20,000 nucleotides of DNA from an uncultured virus (IMG/VR IMGVR_UViG_3300046782_000829) (IMGVR_UViG_3300046782_000829); one strand, 5' to 3'; positions 7,622-15,159 are shown, counted from the stretch's first letter. The notes: generated by a model from the sequence alone, not told the origin. Numbers and translations are program-made.

Positions 7622-7740
7622 CACCTTCATTCGTTCCGGGAGGTGGGTTAACCCGGTCGAATCTAGGCGCGGCCCCAACGCCTTAGTTGTCTATGGCGCC
7701 CTGTTGCGCGAGATGCGCAACACCCCTCTTGGGGACAACT
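7622..7740. other. Structured convergent intergenic region (multiple hairpins)
   Basis: GGGTTAACCC; AGGCG/CGCCT; AGTTGTC...GACAACT enclosing TGTTGCGC/GCGCAACA and CCCC/GGGG. Confidence 0.55.
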
Positions 7741-8024
7741 CAGTTCGGTTTCCGGAGCTCGTGGTCGACTAGATTCGCTCCCGCCTCAGCGGCTCCACGC
7801 GCGACGCTGAGGAACCCAAGCGCGTTCCGGAGCACGAACCGGCACGCCATCGCTTCCCTCGGCGAGAGCACCACCTCGCCGTCGTGGAGGAGCACGCACT
7901 CGTCGCCGGCGGCGAACGACCCAGCATAGCGACCGCCCTTCGTCACGTACCGTCCCCGCGGATCGTTCTCGCGGTCCGTCACGACGAGCAGGACGTCCTC
8001 GAGGACCGAAACGACAACGATCAC
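7740..8024 (-). CDS. Hypothetical protein
   Basis: GTGA overlap, GGAGG upstream. Confidence 0.6.
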   Translation of the reverse strand: MIVVVSVLEDVLLVVTDRENDPRGRYVTKGGRYAGSFAAGDECVLLHDGEVVLSPREAMACRFVLRNALGFLSVARGAAEAGANLVDHELRKPN

Positions 8025-8242
8025 GTTCCCTCCCGGTTGAAGCAGTAGTCGGTTCCGGTCCCCTGCTCGGGGTCCGCGGCGGCGACGCGGTCGAAGATCT
8101 CGTTAGCGGTCCGCTCGAGGTGCTCGGCCTGCTCGATGTCGTGGTCCGTCAGGACCTTCCGCGGGAACGCGTAGTCGTCCCGAATCGCCTCAGCGTCGCA
8201 GCTGAAGACCCACCCGAGTTGGGCGAGAAGACGCGCCGTCAT
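8021..8242 (-). CDS. Hypothetical protein
   Basis: ATGA overlap; GAGG upstream. Confidence 0.6.
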   Translation of the reverse strand: MTARLLAQLGWVFSCDAEAIRDDYAFPRKVLTDHDIEQAEHLERTANEIFDRVAAADPEQGTGTDYCFNREGT

Positions 8243-8394
8243 CGGAACCTCGGGAACGAGATACCGCCACGCTGCTCGACCCACGCGCCCTCGACCTGCC
8301 GGCGACGCCACTCGTGTTCGGCCATCAGCTGTCGGTACGGGGTAAAGCCCCCGAGTTGACCCCAGAGCGCCCAGTCGAGCTTCCGCGGGATCAC
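8239..8394 (-). CDS. Hypothetical small protein
   Basis: GTGA overlap; GGAGG upstream. Confidence 0.5.
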   Translation of the reverse strand: MIPRKLDWALWGQLGGFTPYRQLMAEHEWRRRQVEGAWVEQRGGISFPRFR

Positions 8395-8660
8395 GCGGAC
8401 CTCCGGGGTCGGTGGAACCGAACTCGCCCGTCGTAGCTGACCCGGGCGACCAAACACCCTTCGCGGTCCAGGACGTCGCCGTGCCCGGTGTAGTCGCCGC
8501 GGCCGCGCCGGACGTCGGCGGGACCGATCCCGCGTTCGGTCTGCCAGCGTACGAGCGCTTCCTTCGCCTGGTGGACCGACTCGACCCGAAGGTCGAACGC
8601 GAACCCGTAGGCCGGAACCGGATTCACGACGAGTCGGTAGGGGCGGTCCGCGAGCCTCAC
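8391..8660 (-). CDS. Hypothetical protein
   Basis: GTGA overlap; C-terminal VARVSYDGRV. Confidence 0.65.
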   Translation of the reverse strand: MRLADRPYRLVVNPVPAYGFAFDLRVESVHQAKEALVRWQTERGIGPADVRRGRGDYTGHGDVLDREGCLVARVSYDGRVRFHRPRRSA

Positions 8661-8959
8661 GAGGCCCTCCCGAGAATCTCGCGAAGTTCCGCGTTACGAG
8701 CGAGCTGACGCGCTACCGCGCCCTGTTGAATCGCCCAGCCGATCCGGGACTGGATCGCACTCATCTGGGCCCAGCGGAAGTCCCGAACCTCGGAAGGCTC
8801 GTGCCCGACGAGTCGGTTACCGGCCCGGTAGGCAGCCTCGACGGCCCTGTAGAGCGGCTTCGGGTCCGCGCCGTCCGCGACCGCGTGAATGAGGCGCGAA
8901 GCCTTCCGGCGAGCCGCCTCGAACGCCTTGATTCGTTTCTCGATAGTGTCTTCGGTCAT
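8657..8959 (-). CDS. Hypothetical protein, first gene after promoter copy 4
   Basis: ATG 6 nt after TAGTAT. Confidence 0.75.
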   Translation of the reverse strand: MTEDTIEKRIKAFEAARRKASRLIHAVADGADPKPLYRAVEAAYRAGNRLVGHEPSEVRDFRWAQMSAIQSRIGWAIQQGAVARQLARNAELREILGRAS

Positions 8960-9783
8960 GATCCGATACTAGCGTGTCTAGACACGATGTCTAGACAATT
9001 CGTCGCCTCCAAGACAGCTTCCCGGAGCCTACACCGGAGCTGAACCTCGATCTGCCGGATTCGTTCCCGCGATAACCCCATCTGTTCGGCGAGCTCCTGG
9101 AGTGTTGGCGGGTCCTCCGCGAGGCAACGAGCGTCGAAGATCGCCCGGTCCCGCTTCCCGAGCGACCTGCGGAAGCGCCCGATGGCCTCCCGGCCTAGCT
9201 GGAGCCGTTCCTGATCCCCCAGCGCGTCCTCGGGGCTCCCGGACGGGTTCTCGAGGCAGTCGCCGAACGTCACGCCATCGAGACCACGCCGTGCCGGGCC
9301 CTCGGTTGAGATCGACTGGGTCGCGAGCAGCGGCAGGAGCGCCCTAGCCCTCCCGATCGGCATCCCGACCTCGCGGGCCATCTCGTCCGGGACCTGGCTC
9401 TTAGTCTTCCGCCACCATCGAAGGGCGGCCCGCTCCCGGGCGCTCTGGCCGATCCGGACGCACCGGTGAAGTCGGAAGACTGCATCCTGTACCTTCGAGC
9501 GGCAGGCGGTTCCGGCGTAGGTCGAGAACCGGATCCCGCGGGCCGGGTCGAACGACTCGAGCGCGATCAGGATTCCCTCGACCGCGTGCTGGACGAGGTC
9601 GTCGACCGGGATCCCGAAGAACCGGTACCGGCGAGCCGTCAGGGACGCGACCCAAATGTGGCGTCGAACGAGCTCGTCGCGCGCACTCCTATCCCGCTGG
9701 TTTAGTTTCCTGAAGAGTTCCTGCTCCTGCTCGCGCGTCAGCGGGGCGGTCGGCCCGTACAGGTAGCGCCGTGTGTTTTCCAT
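8956..9783 (-). CDS. Sigma-70 family RNA polymerase sigma factor, RpoH/sigma32-like
   Basis: Region 1.2 PLTREQEQEL, region 2 DDLVQ...FDPARGIRFSTYA, region 4 TLQELAEQMGLSRERIRQIE. Confidence 0.9.
   Translation of the reverse strand: MENTRRYLYGPTAPLTREQEQELFRKLNQRDRSARDELVRRHIWVASLTARRYRFFGIPVDDLVQHAVEGILIALESFDPARGIRFSTYAGTACRSKVQDAVFRLHRCVRIGQSARERAALRWWRKTKSQVPDEMAREVGMPIGRARALLPLLATQSISTEGPARRGLDGVTFGDCLENPSGSPEDALGDQERLQLGREAIGRFRRSLGKRDRAIFDARCLAEDPPTLQELAEQMGLSRERIRQIEVQLRCRLREAVLEATNCLDIVSRHASIGS
8960..9002 (-). promoter_or_regulatory. Double-box promoter/operator, copy 4 (inside the 3' end of the sigma gene)
   Basis: TGTCTAGACA-cga-TGTCTAGACA-attcg (8975-9002). Minus strand reads TAGACA-N16-TAGTAT-N6-ATG(8959). 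Confidence 0.85.
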
Positions 9784-10097
9784 TACGAACCTTTTGGCTC
9801 TTGGTCGGTCGACCCGTAGATGATGTCTTCATCCCTAAACTCGGTGTGGGCGACCGCGAGCACGCCGCCGCGCGAACGAATCGCGGTCTTCCACGCCTCG
9901 GTGATCTTCGCCCAGCCGCTACGGTTCGGACGCCCGTATACGTTCGGACCGAGCAAGAGCCGACCGCCGTGCGGGCACATCGAGCCCCACCAGCATACCT
10001 GACTACAACCAACCGGATATCCGGCTTCGCGCGCGATCCGGGCCTGGTCGGTCATCAGGAGCGCGAGCGCTCGCGAGTAGTCGGAATCGTCTTTCAC
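9783..10097 (-). CDS. Hypothetical protein with a Cys/His cluster
   Basis: GTGA overlap; CSQVC...CPH. Confidence 0.6.
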   Translation of the reverse strand: MKDDSDYSRALALLMTDQARIAREAGYPVGCSQVCWWGSMCPHGGRLLLGPNVYGRPNRSGWAKITEAWKTAIRSRGGVLAVAHTEFRDEDIIYGSTDQEPKGS

Positions 10098-10321
10098 TGG
10101 TCCTCCGGAAACGGTTTGCCGGCCGCCTTCGCGGCGGCGCGATCTCGGTTGTGCGCCTCGATCACGCGCCGGTCGTCCGATCGTCGGCAGGCTCGGCAGG
10201 TCGCATCTTCCATGCAGTCCCGCGTTCTGTCGATACACAGTACGACCGGCATAACCCGTCCGCAGTACGTCAGGATCGTCGTCGTGCCGAACGGAACCCG
10301 GACCGGAATGTGGGTCTTCAC
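10094..10321 (-). CDS. Small Zn-binding hypothetical protein
   Basis: H...TYCG...ATCRAC; GGAGG upstream. Confidence 0.65.
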   Translation of the reverse strand: MKTHIPVRVPFGTTTILTYCGRVMPVVLCIDRTRDCMEDATCRACRRSDDRRVIEAHNRDRAAAKAAGKPFPEDQ

Positions 10322-10518
10322 TTTCCACCTCGGCCGATCTCTACGATCTGTCGGAGCAGCTCGACCGCGGTCCTGCGGCGCGCGTAGAACTTGGCCGACA
10401 AAACGGCGCTCGCGACCGTACGGTTCAGGCGCTCCACGAGCAACTCCGCATCAGCCTGATGATTCGTGAGCGCGAAGGACCCCTCTTGTCCCTCGCGCTT
10501 TACGTCCCAGCGTTCCAT
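10318..10518 (-). CDS. Hypothetical protein
   Basis: TGATG overlap with the DUF932 stop. Confidence 0.6.
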   Translation of the reverse strand: MERWDVKREGQEGSFALTNHQADAELLVERLNRTVASAVLSAKFYARRRTAVELLRQIVEIGRGGK

Positions 10519-11504
10519 CAGGCGGCCTTCGCCATCTCGAGCGCGATCGTAAGGGCACGGTCGTTTTGATTCGCGGCGCTGCCGAACCAGAGGTTGTCGA
10601 GACGACGCGAACGGTCTTTCCCGCGTCCGTACGCGAGGTACTCGGTCAGGGCGTTGTAGGCGGCCCAGTAGGTGCCGGCGACTCCCGGGAGTTGGTTGCC
10701 GCGACCTTGCTCGAAGAGCCGGACGACCTTCGGGAGCGTGATCTTGGAGGCCCCCGGGAGTTCTTGACCGGGCGCCGGCGAGAGAACCCGGCGGACCAGC
10801 AGCTCGAGGGACGGTCGGTCGATCTGTCGGCTCGCAAGGAACCGATACCGCTCCGCCGTCGCCTCGAAGGTTCGGTCCGCGAGGTTGATCGCGTCGCGGG
10901 CCGCCACGACCGCTTCCTTCACCTTCCGGGTGTGGTGGAGCTTCAGGAGCGTCTTGTGCGCGTCGCCGGCGCCGTGCGCGAGCGCGAGTGTATTGGCACA
11001 TACAACCCGGATGGGCGTGAACCCGACCCTAACCGCGACCTTCCCGTCGTGGCTGTTCGAGAGCAGTAGGTACTTCAGGACCTCGTCGCCCGGCACCACG
11101 ACCGACGGGTCGCGGTTGATGCGGGCGAGCGCCCAGATCCGTTCGCCATCCCGGAGTGACCCCGCGGTCTCGAGAACGGCATCACCGGAGGCGAGGAAGG
11201 GATCGAAGAACGCGAACGCGTCGCGGTTCTGGAGCGGGTGCGTGCCGGGCCCCACGACCCCGAGGATTCGGCCGTCCGTGGTTCGGTAGTTGGCGAGCGC
11301 CGGGACCTTTTGGTCCGCATATAGATTCGAATCGAACACGTCCGGATTACTCTGAACCGTCCAGAGTTCCTTCTGGCCGACCTCCCAATCAAGACCCGCC
11401 GCCACGATCGCCTCGCGGGTCGTCGGGGCGCTCTCGAGCTGAACCCCGAGCCCGTGCCAGGGCGTCTCGCCCACGTAAAACATCGATTCAACTTCGTGAC
11501 TCAT
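10518..11504 (-). CDS. DUF932-family phage/plasmid protein
   Basis: MFYVGETPWHGLG, AAGLDWEV, LQNRDAF, ETAGSL..G, YLLLSNSHDG, TPIRVVCANTL, GTYWAAYNALTEY; GGAGG before ATG 11504. Confidence 0.9.
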   Translation of the reverse strand: MSHEVESMFYVGETPWHGLGVQLESAPTTREAIVAAGLDWEVGQKELWTVQSNPDVFDSNLYADQKVPALANYRTTDGRILGVVGPGTHPLQNRDAFAFFDPFLASGDAVLETAGSLRDGERIWALARINRDPSVVVPGDEVLKYLLLSNSHDGKVAVRVGFTPIRVVCANTLALAHGAGDAHKTLLKLHHTRKVKEAVVAARDAINLADRTFEATAERYRFLASRQIDRPSLELLVRRVLSPAPGQELPGASKITLPKVVRLFEQGRGNQLPGVAGTYWAAYNALTEYLAYGRGKDRSRRLDNLWFGSAANQNDRALTIALEMAKAA

Positions 11505-11539
11505 CTTGGCCTCCACCTTTCGTTAAACGTTTTTTGACT

Positions 11540-11827
11540 CTATCGGATTCGATCGAGCGAAAGCGTGTTCGTGGTCACGGCCGAGATCCTCAGCAGAAGC
11601 TGCTCGATCGCGGCGTCGGGCGAACTGGCGCGTTCCTCGAGGCCCGCGATCCGGACCACGTATACGACGTGGTCGACGAGGAACTGGATCCGGAGCTCGA
11701 ATTCGTCGAGCCCGTAACGCCACGTTGGCTCTCCAAACGTCGCCTCCTGAACCTCCCGGAGCCGGTTCGCGGCCAGCACGACGAGCGAGACTCGGTTCCG
11801 CATCTCCTGGGTTTCGAACTCGTTCAT
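11540..11827 (-). CDS. Hypothetical protein
   Basis: TGATG overlap; GAGGT upstream. Confidence 0.6.
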   Translation of the reverse strand: MNEFETQEMRNRVSLVVLAANRLREVQEATFGEPTWRYGLDEFELRIQFLVDHVVYVVRIAGLEERASSPDAAIEQLLLRISAVTTNTLSLDRIR

Positions 11828-12024
11828 CACGACACCTCGACGTATTCGGAGCACAACGCCAGAACCGCGTCGTAGGACGACGATGAGAGCGCTCGACTCG
11901 TGAACTCGGTCGCGAGGTCGCGGCGTCCCGCCTTTCGTAAAGCGGCACTCACACGCCCGACAACATTGAAAACGTTACCGTCTTGGCCGATCAAAACACA
12001 CTTGGGTTTCTCGTTCTGGTTCAT
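11827..12024 (-). CDS. Conserved small phage protein (GxDGNxF type)
   Basis: LIGQDGNVFNVVGRVSAALRKAG...EF...SYD pattern, recognised from small phage hypothetical proteins. Confidence 0.75.
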   Translation of the reverse strand: MNQNEKPKCVLIGQDGNVFNVVGRVSAALRKAGRRDLATEFTSRALSSSSYDAVLALCSEYVEVS

Positions 12025-12200
12025 ACGTCCGCCTCCCGCGTCCTAATGTCCGACACACCCGCTTCGTTTAGTTTCTCGACGAGCCGCTCGAGGGCCTTCT
12101 CGGTCCGGACGACCTTTCGTCGCCACGCCTTCCCGTCCCACCACGCGACCTCGATCGCGGTCCAATTCGAGTGATCCCGCATCTGGTTCGAATCGATCAT
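12021..12200 (-). CDS. Hypothetical protein
   Basis: ATGA overlaps on both sides; GGAGG upstream. Confidence 0.65.
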   Translation of the reverse strand: MIDSNQMRDHSNWTAIEVAWWDGKAWRRKVVRTEKALERLVEKLNEAGVSDIRTREADV

Positions 12201-12457
12201 CGGAGTCCCTCCACGTCTTCGTTCCACAGTCGGTCGATCTCGGCGCGGTCCCGAACGAGCTGGGCGACGAGCTGGGCGATCTCGCCTTCGGCCCGATCGA
12301 GTCCCGCGACGATACCGTCCGAGCCTTCGCCGTCGGAACAGTACGAGAGCATCCCACCGTAGGTGTCGAGGACCCGCTCCTGGAGCGCGATCGCGACATC
12401 GATCTCCGCGTAGTAACCCTCAAGAACCTTGATTCGGTTATCGGTTGCGTTGCTCAT
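12197..12457 (-). CDS. Acidic coiled-coil hypothetical protein, first gene after promoter copy 5
   Basis: ATG 6 nt after TAGAGT; D/E-rich. Confidence 0.75.
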   Translation of the reverse strand: MSNATDNRIKVLEGYYAEIDVAIALQERVLDTYGGMLSYCSDGEGSDGIVAGLDRAEGEIAQLVAQLVRDRAEIDRLWNEDVEGLR

Positions 12458-12500
12458 GAGTAGACTCTATCGTGTCTAGACATCGTGTCTAGACAATTCG
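12458..12500 (-). promoter_or_regulatory. Double-box promoter/operator, copy 5
   Basis: TGTCTAGACA-tcg-TGTCTAGACA-attcg (12473-12500). Minus strand reads TAGACA-N16-TAGAGT-N6-ATG(12457). Confidence 0.85.
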
Positions 12501-12680
12501 ACATCCACCCGCGCCTACACGCCGCGCCGCATCCAATCGAGCAGCACGAGGCCCGCTGCCTCCGCGAGGCCGCCTAAACGGCTTCCTACGGGACTTCCCT
12601 CTTGGCGGCCGGTCTAGCCGGGCCCGTCGGCGATACGCGCTAGGCCGGTTTGGTGACCTGCCCCTCGGGGGGTTCCGGGC

Positions 12681-13190
12681 CTACTCGCCCTGATGACGCT
12701 CGTCCTGCCGGACCGCTGCCTCGAAGTCGCGGAATCGCGAGAGGAACCCGGTAAGGCGGGTCGCGATCCTGGCGGTCTTCTGCTTCTCCTCAAGGAGCTC
12801 CCGCTTGAGATCGAGGGTATCGTCGGACGCGTGCCGGTAATTCTCGTTCTCGTTCCGAAGTAGGTTGTCGCGGTCCCGACAACCCGCACAGAGCCCACGC
12901 TTCTCTTGAGCCGCCTGCCACAGCGCCTCGTAACGTCCCGTGAGGATCTCGTTCTGCCGTATAAGGTCCGCGACCTTCCGGCGCTCGACCTCGAGTTCGA
13001 TCCGGGCGCGATCGCGTTGCGCGTAGCAGGCCAGTCGGTCTTCCCCGAGGGCCCGGATCTGGAAGGCCCAATCGTCGGCGGTACCGCTCGCGGGATGCTC
13101 GGATTCCGGAACCGCTTGGCGGATCGCGTGAAGTAGCGTGTGGTATTCGCTCGTTACGTGAACGAGCGATGGAACTACTCTCTTCGACAT
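12681..13190 (-). CDS. Coiled-coil hypothetical protein
   Basis: MSKRVVPSL start; heptad-like C-terminal half with CAGC. Confidence 0.65.
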   Translation of the reverse strand: MSKRVVPSLVHVTSEYHTLLHAIRQAVPESEHPASGTADDWAFQIRALGEDRLACYAQRDRARIELEVERRKVADLIRQNEILTGRYEALWQAAQEKRGLCAGCRDRDNLLRNENENYRHASDDTLDLKRELLEEKQKTARIATRLTGFLSRFRDFEAAVRQDERHQGE

Positions 13191-13477
13191 AGGTGACCTC
13201 GTCCTTCCTTCACGGCCCACTCGCGGGCCGTCAGTTCGAGCGTAGCGTCCGAGTCGTATTCGTCCGTGATGGCGGCATCGGGCCCTACGACGAAGATGCT
13301 CAGGACCTCGTCGTCCGGTAGCTGCCTGACGTCCTCGAGGTCGATATCCTGGGGCTCGAGCCCAAGGTGGTCGGCCAGAACCACGACCGCATCCTCGTAG
13401 TCGAGCGCCACGACCGCGTCGTCCGCGAGCTCGAACACGTAAAGCTGCTTCCGTTCGGTGAACTCGTCGATCGTCAT
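13175..13477 (-). CDS. Very acidic hypothetical protein
   Basis: ATGA overlap; D/E-rich. Confidence 0.7.
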   Translation of the reverse strand: MTIDEFTERKQLYVFELADDAVVALDYEDAVVVLADHLGLEPQDIDLEDVRQLPDDEVLSIFVVGPDAAITDEYDSDATLELTAREWAVKEGRGHLCRRE

Positions 13478-13746
13478 CGTTCTCGTCTCCACAGAAGCGT
13501 CGCCTGCCAGATCCACGCGAGGTTCCCGAGCGCCAGGACGGCGCCGGCCCCGAAGCTAAACCACTGCCCGAGCGCCGGGTAGTAGAGAAGATTCCAGAAC
13601 CCCCAGCCCGTGTAGAAGAAGTAGATCGGCCAGTAGACGCCTTTGATCGCACGGTCCCGCCGGAGCTGGAGCGCGTTCCGCCACGCCATCAGGGCGCCTC
13701 CGGCCTCGAAGAGTCCGTTCAGAAGATCCGGTAGGTCTTTCCGCAT
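13474..13746 (-). CDS. Three-TM membrane protein, PQ-loop/SemiSWEET-like
   Basis: TM1, then NALQLRRDRAIKGVYW, TM2 ending WNLLYYP, TM3 with GN. Confidence 0.65.
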   Translation of the reverse strand: MRKDLPDLLNGLFEAGGALMAWRNALQLRRDRAIKGVYWPIYFFYTGWGFWNLLYYPALGQWFSFGAGAVLALGNLAWIWQATLLWRRER

Positions 13747-13749
13747 GGG

Positions 13750-14373
13750 TCAGCGATGGCGCCCGTGCGCGAGCCCGACAGATCCCGAGAGCGTACTGGT
13801 GAGCTGGTTGCCGTGGGGATCCTGGGGGACCACTCGACCCCGGTACTGGACGTGTCGGATCCCGGCCCGCGCGGCGTGCTCGCGCTCGTACCGGTCGAGC
13901 TCCTGGTGGGTCATGGCCGTCAGGTTCTTATCCCGCCCCTTTTGGACGAAGTAGTTCGACCCCGGCCCCATCCCGGGCTTCTGAGGGATCCGGCGTCCAT
14001 TGATGAGCTTCCGGGGCGGCAGCGGGAGCTCGGGGCGTCCCTGGGCCCGCCGGAGCGCGTTCTCGTGCTCGGGGGTCCACCGCGCCGCGCGGCGCGGTGA
14101 GTTGGCGGACGCGATGAGGCCCTCCCGGAGGGCCACTAGTGTCTCCTGGGCCGTCGGAGCAGCCGGGGCACGAACGATCGGCGGCGGAAGCTTCCGGTGT
14201 CTCGGCGGAGCCCCCGGGGCATCCCGGTGCCGGACCTCACAGCCGAGCGCCGCCCGCTCCCTCTCGTAGCGGTCGCGGGACCGACACCGCTTCGAGCAAA
14301 AAGGGGTTCGGTTCGCGAGGAACTCTTTTCCGCAGACCCGACACGTCAGCCTATTGATCGGTTGTTCCTTCAC
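13750..14373 (-). CDS. Basic protein with an N-terminal CxxC..FCSxxC zinc finger
   Basis: CRVCGKEF....FCSKRCR; GTGA overlap. Confidence 0.6.
   Translation of the reverse strand: MKEQPINRLTCRVCGKEFLANRTPFCSKRCRSRDRYERERAALGCEVRHRDAPGAPPRHRKLPPPIVRAPAAPTAQETLVALREGLIASANSPRRAARWTPEHENALRRAQGRPELPLPPRKLINGRRIPQKPGMGPGSNYFVQKGRDKNLTAMTHQELDRYEREHAARAGIRHVQYRGRVVPQDPHGNQLTSTLSGSVGLAHGRHR
14076..14099. repeat. GC-rich perfect palindrome, copy B (intragenic)
   Basis: tcCACCGCGCCGCGCGGCGCGGTG. Confidence 0.85.
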
Positions 14374-14513
14374 GCGTTCGGCCCTTCCGGTTCGTCCTGC
14401 TCGTCCCAGTACCACATGAACACGACGACCAAGCAGAGGAGGAAGATCGAGAGCGCCTTCTCCTGCTCGGGCGAGAACCCGAGGATGTCGAACGCCTCCC
14501 GGAGATGCCTCAC
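14370..14513 (-). CDS. Small single-TM protein (47 aa)
   Basis: Manual translation MRHLREAFDILGFSPEQEKALSIFLLCLVVVFMWYWDEQDEPEGPNA; GTGA overlap with the downstream gene. Confidence 0.5.
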   Translation of the reverse strand: MRHLREAFDILGFSPEQEKALSIFLLCLVVVFMWYWDEQDEPEGPNA

Positions 14514-14603
14514 GGGACCCCGATCGGGAGCGTCTGCCCACGTTCGGGCTTCCGCCCGTTCTCGATTCGGTAACTTAGGCGATCCGGCATCCCGTTCGGG
14601 GTC

Positions 14604-14846
14604 CTAGTTCCCGAGGCTGACGACCGGGGTCGTCATGACGAACCGCCCGGCTTCGCCCGGGAAGAAGATCGTGACCTTCTGTCCGACCCTGACCTCGGAC
14701 GCCTCCGAATAGGTAGTCCACTCGCTGTAGCGGGCCGCCCGTGAATCGTCACCGGCGAGCCACCGGAACCGTTTCCCTGCTTCGTCGAGCTCGTACACGG
14801 AGCCGCTGCGCGTCTTGAACACCATCCTGAAAGCCTCCGGCATCAT
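14604..14846 (-). CDS. Hypothetical beta-rich protein
   Basis: FKTRSGSVYELDE...MTTPVV. Confidence 0.6.
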   Translation of the reverse strand: MMPEAFRMVFKTRSGSVYELDEAGKRFRWLAGDDSRAARYSEWTTYSEASEVRVGQKVTIFFPGEAGRFVMTTPVVSLGN

Positions 14847-14869
14847 GTTTCGGGATGGCGCGGTCTTGT

Positions 14870-15118
14870 CTAGACCTCGAAGAACAACCGGTGAACGATC
14901 CGGTCGTACCAGCGGTACTGGGGTGGCCACGCGAGGATCCGGTGGTCGGGTTCCTGATAGACGCGGCGAACGAGCAACGCGAGCACGAGCCAAAACGGGA
15001 TCACGATGTCGTCTCCTCTGAAGTGTTCCCGGGGCTGAACAGATCGTGCCGGAACCGTCTCTGGCGCTGCGGCGCCTTCGAGTCCGGCGTCTCCTGCTTT
15101 GGGGCGGGCGACTTCCAT
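14870..15118 (-). CDS. Hypothetical protein
   Basis: ORF track; fills the gap in the minus-strand array. Confidence 0.4.
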   Translation of the reverse strand: MEVARPKAGDAGLEGAAAPETVPARSVQPREHFRGDDIVIPFWLVLALLVRRVYQEPDHRILAWPPQYRWYDRIVHRLFFEV

Positions 15119-15159
15119 TCGTCCAACGATCCCGCCCCGGGAACGCTACTGGATGGCGC

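Noticed and set aside
7622..7740. tRNA or hammerhead ribozyme
   Set aside because: No TTCRA T-loop with correct arm spacing and no CTGANGA/GAAA core.
1489..12500. TGTCTAGACA repeats as a CRISPR array or as integron attC sites
   Set aside because: Copies are 1.4-4 kb apart and separated by multi-gene blocks; there are no cas or integrase genes and no RYYYAAC/GTTRRRY ends.
12608..12649. GCCGGTCTAG...CTAGGCCGGT hairpin upstream of copy 5
   Set aside because: Plausible terminator, but it has a long loop, no U-tract on the coding strand, and such stems are common at this GC content.
14510..14590. 26-aa mini-ORF (MPDRLSYRIENG...)
   Set aside because: Overlap-coupled to the next gene but too short to support.
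14867..14876. TGTCTAGACC, a 9/10 box match
   Set aside because: Single copy that contains the TAG stop of 14870..15118 and has no -10 hexamer at 16 nt. It may be a weak site, but the evidence does not support calling it.
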